Below, in pieces: positions 48,518 to 58,261 of a stretch of DNA of 64,000 bases (positions are counted from its first letter, which is position 1; each line of letters opens with the position of its first letter). The position numbers and the translations under genes are program-made. The notes under the pieces are model-generated. The model saw nothing but the letters and a program-made list of their open reading frames with translations, searched no databases and was not told the origin of the DNA. Origin of the DNA: a virus; IMG/VR virus record IMGVR_UViG_3300023178_001963, one strand, 5' to 3'.

Positions 48518-49681
48518 ATGGAAAATCTTTTTGAAGGAAACAACTGGGACACAACACGTGAAGCACTACTAGAAGGTCTAGAAGGCACAAAGCGTGATGT
48601 TATGTCATCAGTACTAGAAAACACAAAAGTAGCACTAAACGAAAATGCTACAGCAGGTGCAACACAAGCAGGTAACATTGCAACACTAAACAAAGTGATT
48701 CTACCAGTTATCCGTCGTGTTATGCCAACAGTTATCGCAAACGAAATCATCGGCGTTCAGCCAATGACTGGCCCAGTTGGTCAGATCCACACACTACGTG
48801 TTCGTTACGCAGACAACGCAGGTACAACAACTGCAGGTTCAGAAGCACTATCACCATTTGATATCGCAAAGAACTACTCAGGTGACGGCTCAGCTGCACC
48901 TCTATCAACAGCAGCAATGGAAGGCGCAGCGGGTAACCGTATGTCAATCCAAGTTCTAAAGCAAACTGTTGAAGCGAAAACACGTAAGCTATCAGCACGT
49001 TGGACTTTTGAAGCGGCACAAGACGCTAACGCAATGCACGGTCTAGACATCGAAGCAGAAATCATGGCAGCACTAGCTATGGAAATCACTGCAGAGATCG
49101 ACCAAGAGATCCTAGGTTCATTAGAAAATCTAGCAACATCAGGTGCAACATTCGACATGACACAAACCTTTACAGGTACTCCAACATTCGTTGGTGACAA
49201 GCATGCCGTACTAGCGACACTAATCAACCAACAAGCAAACCTAGTAGCACAGCGTACACGCCGTGGCGCAGCTAACTGGGCTGTTGTTTCACCAGCAGCA
49301 CTAACAGTTCTACAATCTGCGACTACATCAGCATTCGCACGTACAACTGAAGGTACATTCGAAGCACCAACAAACACAAAATTCGTTGGTACACTAAATG
49401 GCACAATGCGCATTTACGTAAACACATACGCAGCAGACGATGCTCCAGTTCTACTAGGCTACAAAGGCCAAGGCGAAATCGACGCAGCAGCATTCTACTG
49501 CCCATACGTACCGCTAATGTCATCAGGTGTTGTGATTGATCCAGGCACATTCGAACCAGTAGTATCATTCATGACTCGTTACGGTTACGTTGAGCTAACA
49601 AACACTGCGTCATCACTAGGTAACGCAGCGGATTATGTTTCAAAAATCACAATCCCAGCAAACTCACTATCTTTCCTATAA
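48518..49681 (+). CDS. gp23: Major capsid protein
   Basis: GVQPMTGPVGQI, VEAKTRKLSARWTFEAAQD, FYCPYVPL, FMTRYG. Confidence 0.97.
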   Translation: MENLFEGNNWDTTREALLEGLEGTKRDVMSSVLENTKVALNENATAGATQAGNIATLNKVILPVIRRVMPTVIANEIIGVQPMTGPVGQIHTLRVRYADNAGTTTAGSEALSPFDIAKNYSGDGSAAPLSTAAMEGAAGNRMSIQVLKQTVEAKTRKLSARWTFEAAQDANAMHGLDIEAEIMAALAMEITAEIDQEILGSLENLATSGATFDMTQTFTGTPTFVGDKHAVLATLINQQANLVAQRTRRGAANWAVVSPAALTVLQSATTSAFARTTEGTFEAPTNTKFVGTLNGTMRIYVNTYAADDAPVLLGYKGQGEIDAAAFYCPYVPLMSSGVVIDPGTFEPVVSFMTRYGYVELTNTASSLGNAADYVSKITIPANSLSFL

Positions 49682-49706
49682 TATTAGGATTAATAGTTAT
49701 TATAAG

Positions 49707-49734
49707 AAACCCGGGATTTATCCCGGGTTTTTTT
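49707..49734 (+). terminator. Intrinsic terminator after the capsid gene
   Basis: AAACCCGGGA-TTTA-TCCCGGGTTT-TTTT. Confidence 0.9.
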
Positions 49735-49750
49735 ATTGCTTGTAATAAAG

Positions 49751-49757
49751 ATAAATA
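49751..49757 (+). promoter_or_regulatory. Late promoter (ATAAATA)
   Basis: GATAAATAG between the terminator and the fibre gene. Confidence 0.6.
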
Positions 49758-49791
49758 GACATATAATAAATTCTAAATGTGAGATTAAACT

Positions 49792-52700
49792 ATGGCAGAA
49801 CAAATTAAATTTGGTGATAGACTATTTCTTAGCGGAGATAAGGTTGTCGCACAACAAGACGTTCTTATTAATAGAGACCTTGTTGTTGAAGGCAACTTGG
49901 ATGTTAATGGTAGTATAACAACTATTGACACTACAAATACATATATTTCAGATCCTATTGTTGAAATGAACCATCAATTCGAAGGTAGTCCAACAGATGA
50001 TGTTGGATTTGAAGTTAATCGTGGAGATGAATTAAATGTATTTTGGTTGTGGGATGAAAGTATTGATAGCTGGAGTTCAAGAGGAACAGACCTAAAAGTA
50101 CATAATTTTCACGCCACTGGAAATACCCAAATTAATGGAACTTTAGATGTTGATGGGCAGAGTACATTAGCAAGCGCCAATATAGAAGACCTCACAAATG
50201 ATAGAATTGTACTTGCTGGTGTTGATGGCGAATTAGAAGATGACGCTAATTTTACAATGGATGGGACAACATTCAATATTGGATTAGGAAATTTTACAGT
50301 AGATATAGCTACAGGTGACACTTCAATCTCTGGTAACGTTGCTATCGGTGGCGATTTAGATATTGATGGTCAACTTACAGCAGCTTCATTGAATGTAGAA
50401 GATTTAACAAACAATAGAGTTGTGATAGTAGGTGTTGATGGTGAATTAGAGGATGATGCTAACTTTGTTTATGATGGTACTGGGCTAAACATTGGTTCAA
50501 GTAATTTCCTTGTACAAGCATCAAGCGGCGATATCTATAGCCGAGGCACCATACACACTGATGGGCAAGCAACATTTGCGAGTGCAAACGTAGAAGACTT
50601 AACAGATAATAGAATTGTAATCTCAGGAACACTAGGTGAACTAGAAGATGATGCTAACTTTACATTTGACGGAACGACATTTAATATAGGCCAAGGAAAC
50701 TTCACAGTAGATGTAGCAACTGGAAATACAAACTCATCAGGTCAAAGTACATTGGCAAGTTTAAATGTTGAAGATTTAACAGACGATAGAATTGTAATTG
50801 CTGGTGCACTTGGTGAATTAGAGGATGATGCTAATTTTACGTTTAATGGTTCAAAATTTAATATAGGCTTAGGAAACTTCACAGTAGGGGTAGCAACTGG
50901 TAACACACAAGTTATTGGTGCACTAGACGTAGATTCACAATCTACATTAGCAAGTGTAAATGTTGAAGACTTAACAGATAATAGAATTGTAATAGTAGGC
51001 ACTAACGGTGAGTTAGAAGATGATCCTAACTTTACAATGGATGGTGCACTATTCAATATTGGTCAGGGTAATATGACTGTTGATGTTCTATCTGGTAGAA
51101 TTACATCACTTGGTCAAAGTACATTAGCGAGTGTAAATGTAGAAGACTTAACAGATAATAGAGTACTAATCGCAGGAACAAATGGCGAAATAGAAGATGA
51201 CGCTAATTTAACATTTGATGGTAATACGTTACATGTAGGTCCGTTGATACCTGCTATGTCAGTTAATATCGGAACCTATGTAACAACTGTATTCGGAGAA
51301 TTAGATGTAGATGGTCAAGCAAACCTAGCGAGTGCAGCAGTAGAAGATTTAACAGATAACAGAGTTGTTGTATCAGGTGTAGGCGGTGAACTAGAAGATG
51401 ATGCCAACTTTACATTTGATGGTACTGCGCTAGATATCGGGCAAGGTAATTTTACAATTGATGTGGCTACAGGAAATACTGATATCTCAGGTAATCTTAA
51501 CGTTCAAGGTACTCTAACAACATTGAATACTGAAACCATATTATTAGCTGATAACATAGTAACATTGAATAGTAATTATGTAGGATCATCACCTAACGAA
51601 AACGCAGGTATAGAAGTTAACAGAGGTACAGAAAGTAAAGTAGATGTACGTTGGAATGAAACAACTGATATATGGGAATTTACAAACGATGGTACAATTT
51701 ATAGACCTATACCTCATACAACTGATGACTTGTTAGAAGGGGCAACCAACCTTTACTACTTAGATAGTAGAGCTAGACTTGCTATGAGTGTCACAGATAC
51801 AGGCGGAGATGGATCGTTGACATATGATAACACAACAGGTGTTATTACATATACTGGTCCATCAGCAATAGAAGTAAGAGCGCACATTTCACATGTGGAT
51901 ACAGGTGGTGATGGATCATTTACATATGATAGTAATACAGGTGTTATGACTTACACAGGCGCAAGCCACGCTGAAGCAATTGCACACTTTACTGATGGTA
52001 AAGGAATACAAATTACTGATGATGGTTCTGTTTCTACATTTGCGTTGGACTTTACAGAATTTAGTACAAGTGATGTAGTTGAAGATCCAGCTGCAACAAC
52101 AACTTCTGGAACAATGTACTTTACAGAATCACGTTCACGTGAATCTATTTCGCATGTTGATGGCGGTGGTGATGGATCATTTACATATGACAATGTTACT
52201 GGTGTTATGACATACACAGGCCCGAGTGCTAATGAAACTAGGGCACACTTCTCAGCAACAACTGCGGCCGCGTCAACAACAACTTCATTAACATATGATA
52301 GTAATACTGGTACGTTTACCTATACACCATTAGATATAGCATCAGTAGAAACTACAACAAGTATATCTTTCAACAACGCAACAAATACTCTTTCATACAT
52401 AGATGAAGACGGTGTTCAGACTGATATTGACTTGACTCTGTATTTGGATGATACTAATTTAGCAAGACTTACACAAGGTGTTTTAGATTCTAATACTGGT
52501 ATTGCTACATTCACCCGTGATGATAATACTACGTTTACAGTAGATTTCAGTTCTTTATTGAATACAGATACATTTGTAGTTAGTGGTTCATTTGATACTA
52601 CTACTGGAAATTTAACACTAACTAGAAATGATTCATCTACTGTTGTCACAAGTTTAGATGGAAGATATCTACAATCATTTACAGAAACAGATCCAATATT

Positions 52701-53937
52701 CTCAGCAAGTGATGCCGCAGGTATTACATCTACTGATATATCTAATTGGAATACAGCACATGGATGGGGAGATCATAGCACTGCTGGTTATCTAACGAGT
52801 TATACAGAAACAGATCCAATATTCTCAGCAAGTGAAGCGGCTAGTATTACATCTACTGATATATCTAATTGGAATACAGCACATGGATGGGGAGATCATA
52901 GCACTGCTGGTTATCTAACGAGTTATACAGAAACAGATCCAATATTCTCAGCAAGTGAAGCGGCTAGTATTACAGCAACAGATACTACTAATTGGGATAC
53001 AGCACATGGATGGGGAGATCATAGCACTGCTGGATATCTATCATCCACTATAACTACATCAGGTGAAGGTATTACTTGGAGTATGAATACAGATGGTGCG
53101 AGTATCAAATTCTATAATACAAGTGATGGTGATACAGACAGTAGATTAGAATTTAGTACAAATGACAACAATGACGAATACTTCCGTTGGACACACGCAC
53201 CAAGCGGAGGAACAGTATATGAAAGTATGCGATTAGTTCCAAATAGTGACGGTGATGCAAGACTTACACTAAGCGGTGATTTAGTAGTAAATGCATCACA
53301 GTCAGTAGATCCAGTAGCAACATTTACGGGTACATCATCAACTACCGATAATCCAATTATAGTAGCTGCTACAAATTCAGATAACAGAGACCCTTGGATT
53401 AAACTAGTAAGACCAACTACAACAAGCGGTGCAGACTTAGTAATCCGAGGTGGCGTAGGCAGTGATTGGTTATCTATACATCATATTTCTTCTGGTGCAG
53501 ATAGCCAACTTGTAGTACATAGTAATGGAAATGTTGGTGTGGGTACTGGTACAACTACCGTACCAGCAGAAAAACTACATGTTGGTGGTAATATAGTTGC
53601 AACTGGTGATATTACTGCATTCTATTCAGATGAAAGACTAAAAGATTTTAGTGGAAAAATAGATAACGCACTTGAAAAGGTAAGCATGTTAAATGGTTAT
53701 TACTATACAGGTAATGAGGTAGCCGCTGAGTTAGGTTATGATACAGAAACTAGACAAGTAGGTGTTAGCGCACAAGAAGTAGAATCAGTACTACCTGAGG
53801 TTGTTAAAACTGCACCTATAAGTTTAGATGGTGAAACTGATTATAAAACTGTTCAATATGAAAAACTAGTTCCTCTGTTAATTGAATCAATAAAAGAATT
53901 GAAAGCAGAAATTGAAGAACTAAAAAGAAAAAGTTAA
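49792..53937 (+). CDS. Repeat-rich fibre protein with C-terminal peptidase S74 intramolecular chaperone
   Basis: GDITAFYSDERLK..GVSAQEV..VLPEVV..V.YEKLVPLLIESIKEL; multiple internal repeats. Confidence 0.85.
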   Translation: MAEQIKFGDRLFLSGDKVVAQQDVLINRDLVVEGNLDVNGSITTIDTTNTYISDPIVEMNHQFEGSPTDDVGFEVNRGDELNVFWLWDESIDSWSSRGTDLKVHNFHATGNTQINGTLDVDGQSTLASANIEDLTNDRIVLAGVDGELEDDANFTMDGTTFNIGLGNFTVDIATGDTSISGNVAIGGDLDIDGQLTAASLNVEDLTNNRVVIVGVDGELEDDANFVYDGTGLNIGSSNFLVQASSGDIYSRGTIHTDGQATFASANVEDLTDNRIVISGTLGELEDDANFTFDGTTFNIGQGNFTVDVATGNTNSSGQSTLASLNVEDLTDDRIVIAGALGELEDDANFTFNGSKFNIGLGNFTVGVATGNTQVIGALDVDSQSTLASVNVEDLTDNRIVIVGTNGELEDDPNFTMDGALFNIGQGNMTVDVLSGRITSLGQSTLASVNVEDLTDNRVLIAGTNGEIEDDANLTFDGNTLHVGPLIPAMSVNIGTYVTTVFGELDVDGQANLASAAVEDLTDNRVVVSGVGGELEDDANFTFDGTALDIGQGNFTIDVATGNTDISGNLNVQGTLTTLNTETILLADNIVTLNSNYVGSSPNENAGIEVNRGTESKVDVRWNETTDIWEFTNDGTIYRPIPHTTDDLLEGATNLYYLDSRARLAMSVTDTGGDGSLTYDNTTGVITYTGPSAIEVRAHISHVDTGGDGSFTYDSNTGVMTYTGASHAEAIAHFTDGKGIQITDDGSVSTFALDFTEFSTSDVVEDPAATTTSGTMYFTESRSRESISHVDGGGDGSFTYDNVTGVMTYTGPSANETRAHFSATTAAASTTTSLTYDSNTGTFTYTPLDIASVETTTSISFNNATNTLSYIDEDGVQTDIDLTLYLDDTNLARLTQGVLDSNTGIATFTRDDNTTFTVDFSSLLNTDTFVVSGSFDTTTGNLTLTRNDSSTVVTSLDGRYLQSFTETDPIFSASDAAGITSTDISNWNTAHGWGDHSTAGYLTSYTETDPIFSASEAASITSTDISNWNTAHGWGDHSTAGYLTSYTETDPIFSASEAASITATDTTNWDTAHGWGDHSTAGYLSSTITTSGEGITWSMNTDGASIKFYNTSDGDTDSRLEFSTNDNNDEYFRWTHAPSGGTVYESMRLVPNSDGDARLTLSGDLVVNASQSVDPVATFTGTSSTTDNPIIVAATNSDNRDPWIKLVRPTTTSGADLVIRGGVGSDWLSIHHISSGADSQLVVHSNGNVGVGTGTTTVPAEKLHVGGNIVATGDITAFYSDERLKDFSGKIDNALEKVSMLNGYYYTGNEVAAELGYDTETRQVGVSAQEVESVLPEVVKTAPISLDGETDYKTVQYEKLVPLLIESIKELKAEIEELKRKS
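50155..51500 (+). repeat. Seven degenerate ~60-70 aa protein repeats (GQSTLASxNVEDLTDNRIV..GELEDDANF)
   Basis: Counted in the translation. Confidence 0.9.
52681..53040 (+). repeat. Three near-identical 123-bp (41-aa) tandem repeats
   Basis: ACAGAAACAGATCCAATATTCTCAGCAAGTGA at 52681, 52804, 52927. Confidence 0.95.
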
Positions 53938-54620
53938 TCGTAGAAAAAGTTTTTAAGAGTATTCAACAAGGAGGGTTCGCTCTCCTTGTTTTCGTTTACC
54001 CAGTCTGGAAATCTTTGAAATAACTTTTTCCATTGATGTAGTTGTTCATAAGTATCAAATACTCTTCTAGCATATTCACTGCTGTTTGGTATTGATTGCC
54101 CACTTGTTATTCGTTTAAGTTGTTCTTTACATTTTTCTAAGTCTTCAATATCTTTGTCAATAGCAAGTATGATGTTTTCAAAATCTGAAACATTAGAAAA
54201 CTTATTCATTAAAAACTTATGATGTTCTTTTTTAGTTTTACCATCATATAGAAACATAATCTCTTGTAAATCATAATATAATGCTTTTACAGGATTTATA
54301 CTTTCACGGTATCTTTCCATAACTTCTGGTATTATAAATGACTTGTCTAGTGTGCTTAAATTTTCTAAAACACTTGAAGCAACTATATTAGATTTTTGTC
54401 TTTGTGATGTTATACTTTTTCTGAATTTAGATTTGATTTTTTTAACAACCGCATCTATAACAACTTTTTCATCATGTGTTAGATTTGTTTTTAAAAACTC
54501 AATATGTCCTGGAGTTGTGTTATTGATAGCCATACTTAGACTGTCTGAGACTTTACCAGTCTTCAAGTATTCTTTACATTCCTTGAGAAATTTCTGTTTC
54601 TTAAAATCAATTATATGCAA
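53934..54620 (-). CDS. Hypothetical protein
   Basis: TTG start, GGAG RBS, TATAAATA at 54640-54647 on the minus strand. Confidence 0.7.
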   Translation of the reverse strand: MHIIDFKKQKFLKECKEYLKTGKVSDSLSMAINNTTPGHIEFLKTNLTHDEKVVIDAVVKKIKSKFRKSITSQRQKSNIVASSVLENLSTLDKSFIIPEVMERYRESINPVKALYYDLQEIMFLYDGKTKKEHHKFLMNKFSNVSDFENIILAIDKDIEDLEKCKEQLKRITSGQSIPNSSEYARRVFDTYEQLHQWKKLFQRFPDWVNENKESEPSLLNTLKNFFYD

Positions 54621-54642
54621 TAACTTCTCCCACTATAATTAT

Positions 54643-55068
54643 TTATAGTGAGGATAGTATGGATTTAAGCAGAGTTAACTTTTTCTTTTTGAATAATGTT
54701 CTCTTTGCTCCAGGATGTAATGGTTTTGGAAAGTAGTTACAATCAAGCCAAGCATAACCTCCACTTTCTTCATTTATTATAGGAACAAATTCTTCTTCTA
54801 CTACCACTATGAATGTGTAATAACTAAACGATTTATCTCTTGCGTGGTATTGGTCCAATGGAAAAACTTTAATAACATCTTTTTCTACATCTAGTTTTAT
54901 TTCTTCTTCTAGTTCTCTTAGTAAACCCTGAGAAACATTTTCATTTGGTTCTATTTTACCTCCCCAAAAACTCCAGTTTCTAGGATACGAACTATTTAAA
55001 GAGCGATGTTGTAATAAAATTCGTTTTGTATTTTTTGCTATTATACAAGCGCCTGCGGCTTTAATCAT
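54643..55068 (-). CDS. NUDIX hydrolase
   Basis: GGKIEPNENVSQGLLRELEEEI Nudix box. Confidence 0.9.
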   Translation of the reverse strand: MIKAAGACIIAKNTKRILLQHRSLNSSYPRNWSFWGGKIEPNENVSQGLLRELEEEIKLDVEKDVIKVFPLDQYHARDKSFSYYTFIVVVEEEFVPIINEESGGYAWLDCNYFPKPLHPGAKRTLFKKKKLTLLKSILSSL

Positions 55069-55070
55069 TT

Positions 55071-56450
55071 TTAACCTATTAGTTCTAGTCGCCAGTATCC
55101 ACTTTCATAGATACCTTGGAATGTGTCTTCCCATTCATTATCGACAAGTTTGAATTGCTGTGATGTGAATGCGTTTGTTACATAATGCGTCACTCCAGTG
55201 ACACTCGCATCTAAACTAACAACCCAGTTACTTCCATTATACTCTATAATATCATTTTTAGCAATATCAATTCCCCATACTGAACTTGAATCAGCATCAT
55301 TTAGACATAGATATCTTTGCCCAACCGCTGGGAACGGAACGCCGCTAAATCCAGGTTTTGCTGCAGCAGGATCAATTATTCTGTCTACTGCTGGAAGTGT
55401 GTTGTTGGGTAAAGTATCAACATCTACTGCTAAAATTAATTTACCTGGATCACTAGACCTTGATAATGTCCCAACAACATCTTCATCTAAGTTATCCAGT
55501 TCACCGTGATATTTTAATCTCATACGAGAAATGCCTTCGTGTAACTCTCCGTAGTTTTCTAGTACTTCATCCCAAGTCGTGTTATTATCCCAGTTTCCAT
55601 TTTCTAAAACTTTTACTGTAAATGTTCCATTTTCATTTTCTACATTCACAGCATAGTTACCAGGAGTGACAACTATACTAGTTTGTTTTTCTAAATCTCT
55701 AAAGAATTCAAATGCGTCTGGATCATAATCTAGCGTATCTAAATCATTGTATTGATATAAATTATGAATTATGTTTCTAATAACATTCTGTCTTGTTACT
55801 TGCGCCGGCGGGTTGATCCAAATTGGTATTTGAAAGAACATACTTGCTATGTCAATTTGATCCTCGATACCTGCTGGAATTGCTCTACTAGTCCATTGAA
55901 TATCAGTTAGTTCGACTGTGGTAATAGTTGTCCAGTCAATAGGGTTATCGTTTTGTTGGATTTCCAGTGCTGGATTGAACAGAACTAATATCTGTTCAAG
56001 TAGTTGTAGTTTTTGATCTGTGTTACTTGTCCAAACATCAACCTGCATATTCAAAAGATACGGTACTGGCATAAGTCTGCCTACGTTATATCTGTTGCCG
56101 CCTTCGTCTGTATATGCGTTTATTTCCTCATTCCACTTTCTTTCATTTACTTTCACTTTATCAGTAAAGAATGGTTCTTGTACTCTGGCTCTATCTGGTT
56201 GTAGACTTTGTACATAACATGCGATAAATGGTGCTGAGTTAACAATGTTCTCAGAGTTACCTTTAAGAATTGTAGCAGCCATACGAGATACATCACCGTA
56301 ACGTGCTGGGACTTTTATGTAATAGTCACTAGTTCCATCACTTAACTTTTTTCCAGTCTTTACGTTGAAACCACTGAATATACGAATGAACTGAAGAATG
56401 TATCTTCTTACTTGTTCATCATAGAAGTGTAACTGTCTTAAGTCTGCCAT
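55071..56450 (-). CDS. gp15: Tail terminator / sheath stabiliser, gp15-like with C-terminal extension
   Basis: FYDEQVRRY..F.RIFS, VPARYG, MPVPY, QLLEQILVLFNP. Confidence 0.8.
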   Translation of the reverse strand: MADLRQLHFYDEQVRRYILQFIRIFSGFNVKTGKKLSDGTSDYYIKVPARYGDVSRMAATILKGNSENIVNSAPFIACYVQSLQPDRARVQEPFFTDKVKVNERKWNEEINAYTDEGGNRYNVGRLMPVPYLLNMQVDVWTSNTDQKLQLLEQILVLFNPALEIQQNDNPIDWTTITTVELTDIQWTSRAIPAGIEDQIDIASMFFQIPIWINPPAQVTRQNVIRNIIHNLYQYNDLDTLDYDPDAFEFFRDLEKQTSIVVTPGNYAVNVENENGTFTVKVLENGNWDNNTTWDEVLENYGELHEGISRMRLKYHGELDNLDEDVVGTLSRSSDPGKLILAVDVDTLPNNTLPAVDRIIDPAAAKPGFSGVPFPAVGQRYLCLNDADSSSVWGIDIAKNDIIEYNGSNWVVSLDASVTGVTHYVTNAFTSQQFKLVDNEWEDTFQGIYESGYWRLELIG

Positions 56451-56452
56451 TA

Positions 56453-57451
56453 TTAATCTACCTTAGGTTTTATTGCTTTTGACAAGTTTATTCTTGAGGT
56501 TAATTCTGTTCCATCATCTAGTGTTACTATACCATCATTGTTGATAAATTGATGATGTAGATAGTTACCAACTTGCCATGAACCATCGTCATCTTCAATC
56601 TTGTACCATTTGTTATCACGGTATTGGAATAGTCTGTTTGGTGAATAGTCTGTTCTTAAGAAGTAAGCATTATCGTCTGGTGTTTGTGGAAACTGTGTTC
56701 CATTCTCAACTGTTGAGAAATCAACATCAGATGGATGTTCAGAATTTTCTACAGCATATACTAAGTTATTTTTTCTATAATCATAATATCTGCCTGGTAC
56801 ATTCTCTTGTGCTTCTTCTACAACTGCTTCATTGATTTGAAGTTCTTTATTATATGTAGAAAGTAAGTTTTTCAAATCATCAGCAGCTTCGCCAGTACCA
56901 AAGATATCTGAATACTCCTGTGTATCTTGTAGTTGCTTACAACGAACACGCCAGATATGAGGCCACCAACCTGGATCAAAACCTTCACTTGCTTTTGTTC
57001 CCTCTTGTACAACCCAATATTGATTTACTGCTGGAGCATCTTCATCAAGTAATAAATCTTCCCTCATATGAGGAAGCTCAATAACATCACCTGTCATAAG
57101 TTTGCGACCAATACGTTCTACCATATCATTTAAATGCATTGTAAAAATAGTTTGGTCTGTGCCAAGAAACATACCAAATTGAGACAAATCAAAATCTTGG
57201 TCTGTCACTGTATAAGCACCACGTAATTCATAAACTACAGTATCATAACGTCTATCACGGTTTTCCATAAACAGCAAGTCCTGAATAGGCGGGTTCGCTG
57301 GATCATAGTTTTCGTCATTTTCATCTACTGAGCCTATATATTTGTGAACTAACAAGGCAGTACCACCATGCTCATAGTGAGCTTTTACCATCTTATCGAT
57401 GAATTTGTAGTCATTACCTTTACGTGGGTTCCATAAACTTAATCTTGGCAT
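56453..57451 (-). CDS. gp14: Neck protein, gp14-like
   Basis: FDLSQFG, GRKLMTGDVIELP; upstream of gp15; late promoter at 57477-57483. Confidence 0.7.
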   Translation of the reverse strand: MPRLSLWNPRKGNDYKFIDKMVKAHYEHGGTALLVHKYIGSVDENDENYDPANPPIQDLLFMENRDRRYDTVVYELRGAYTVTDQDFDLSQFGMFLGTDQTIFTMHLNDMVERIGRKLMTGDVIELPHMREDLLLDEDAPAVNQYWVVQEGTKASEGFDPGWWPHIWRVRCKQLQDTQEYSDIFGTGEAADDLKNLLSTYNKELQINEAVVEEAQENVPGRYYDYRKNNLVYAVENSEHPSDVDFSTVENGTQFPQTPDDNAYFLRTDYSPNRLFQYRDNKWYKIEDDDGSWQVGNYLHHQFINNDGIVTLDDGTELTSRINLSKAIKPKVD

Positions 57452-57514
57452 AATCTTTTTCCTTGACTTATAACTGTATTTATCTTATATTTAGGTAATG
57501 AACGGAGCGAATCA

Positions 57515-58207
57515 ATGATATCAATTATTAGCGACGGTGTAATACAACATAGAAAAGTATTAGACAGTTTAACAGTAGCACAATTTAAATTATGGGCAAC
57601 AAACCCAGAAAGATACCATAGAGGCAATGCCACTGATGGTAAGTATTATGGAGAACATGATGGTGAACGTGAATATGACGTATGGTGGACTACTCAACCA
57701 CCAAAAGAAATGTGGGTACCAATTGTCTGGAAATTGAGTGAATCTATTGACAGATTTTTTAATGATAGATGGGATATTCATGTTGTAGATTGTATAACAA
57801 CTCGTCCAAACTCCAGTAAAATTTATGCTCACATTGATACACCGTATCGTTTTGAAGAGTTTGCAGATAGGGATGAAACACTTGGTGTACAGATAATCGT
57901 TCCATTGGATAAGTTTACCTTAGAAAATGGTGGAACAGCATTTTTGCGTGGCTCTCATAAAGAAAAGATTAATTTTAGAGATTTAGAAGAAAATAGAGAA
58001 TATTATAACAACAGATTGATTACAGAGGGCGAACAATTATTAGGTGATCCTGGTGATGTATTGATGTATGATGGTCGTACTTTACACTCTACTATGCCAA
58101 ATAAATCTACAGAATTTAGAAGTGCGCTATTGATTAATGTATTGAAAGCTGATATAATACCACGTGTTCAGGAACTTGATTCTAATACAGATTTTGTAAA
58201 AACTTGA
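57515..58207 (+). CDS. PhyH-like Fe(II)/2-oxoglutarate dioxygenase
   Basis: HID, ENGGT..GSH, GDVLMYDGRTLHS..N..R triad. Confidence 0.85.
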   Translation: MISIISDGVIQHRKVLDSLTVAQFKLWATNPERYHRGNATDGKYYGEHDGEREYDVWWTTQPPKEMWVPIVWKLSESIDRFFNDRWDIHVVDCITTRPNSSKIYAHIDTPYRFEEFADRDETLGVQIIVPLDKFTLENGGTAFLRGSHKEKINFRDLEENREYYNNRLITEGEQLLGDPGDVLMYDGRTLHSTMPNKSTEFRSALLINVLKADIIPRVQELDSNTDFVKT

Positions 58208-58231
58208 CATTTTCGCTATTAAATGTATACT
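58204..58231 (+). promoter_or_regulatory. sigma70-type promoter TTGACA-16-TATACT
   Basis: Near consensus upstream of 58262. Confidence 0.6.
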
Positions 58232-58261
58232 TAATTGTAAATAGCGAAAGAAGGAGTAGTA

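Noticed and set aside
45939-49568. Long antisense ORFs over the head genes (e.g. 45939-46502, 47985-48590, 48874-49413)
   Set aside because: Shadows of biased codon usage in well-supported genes; low-complexity translations.
52681-53040. 123-bp repeats as a CRISPR array or DGR template/variable pair
   Set aside because: In-frame coding repeats without unique spacers; no reverse transcriptase in the window.
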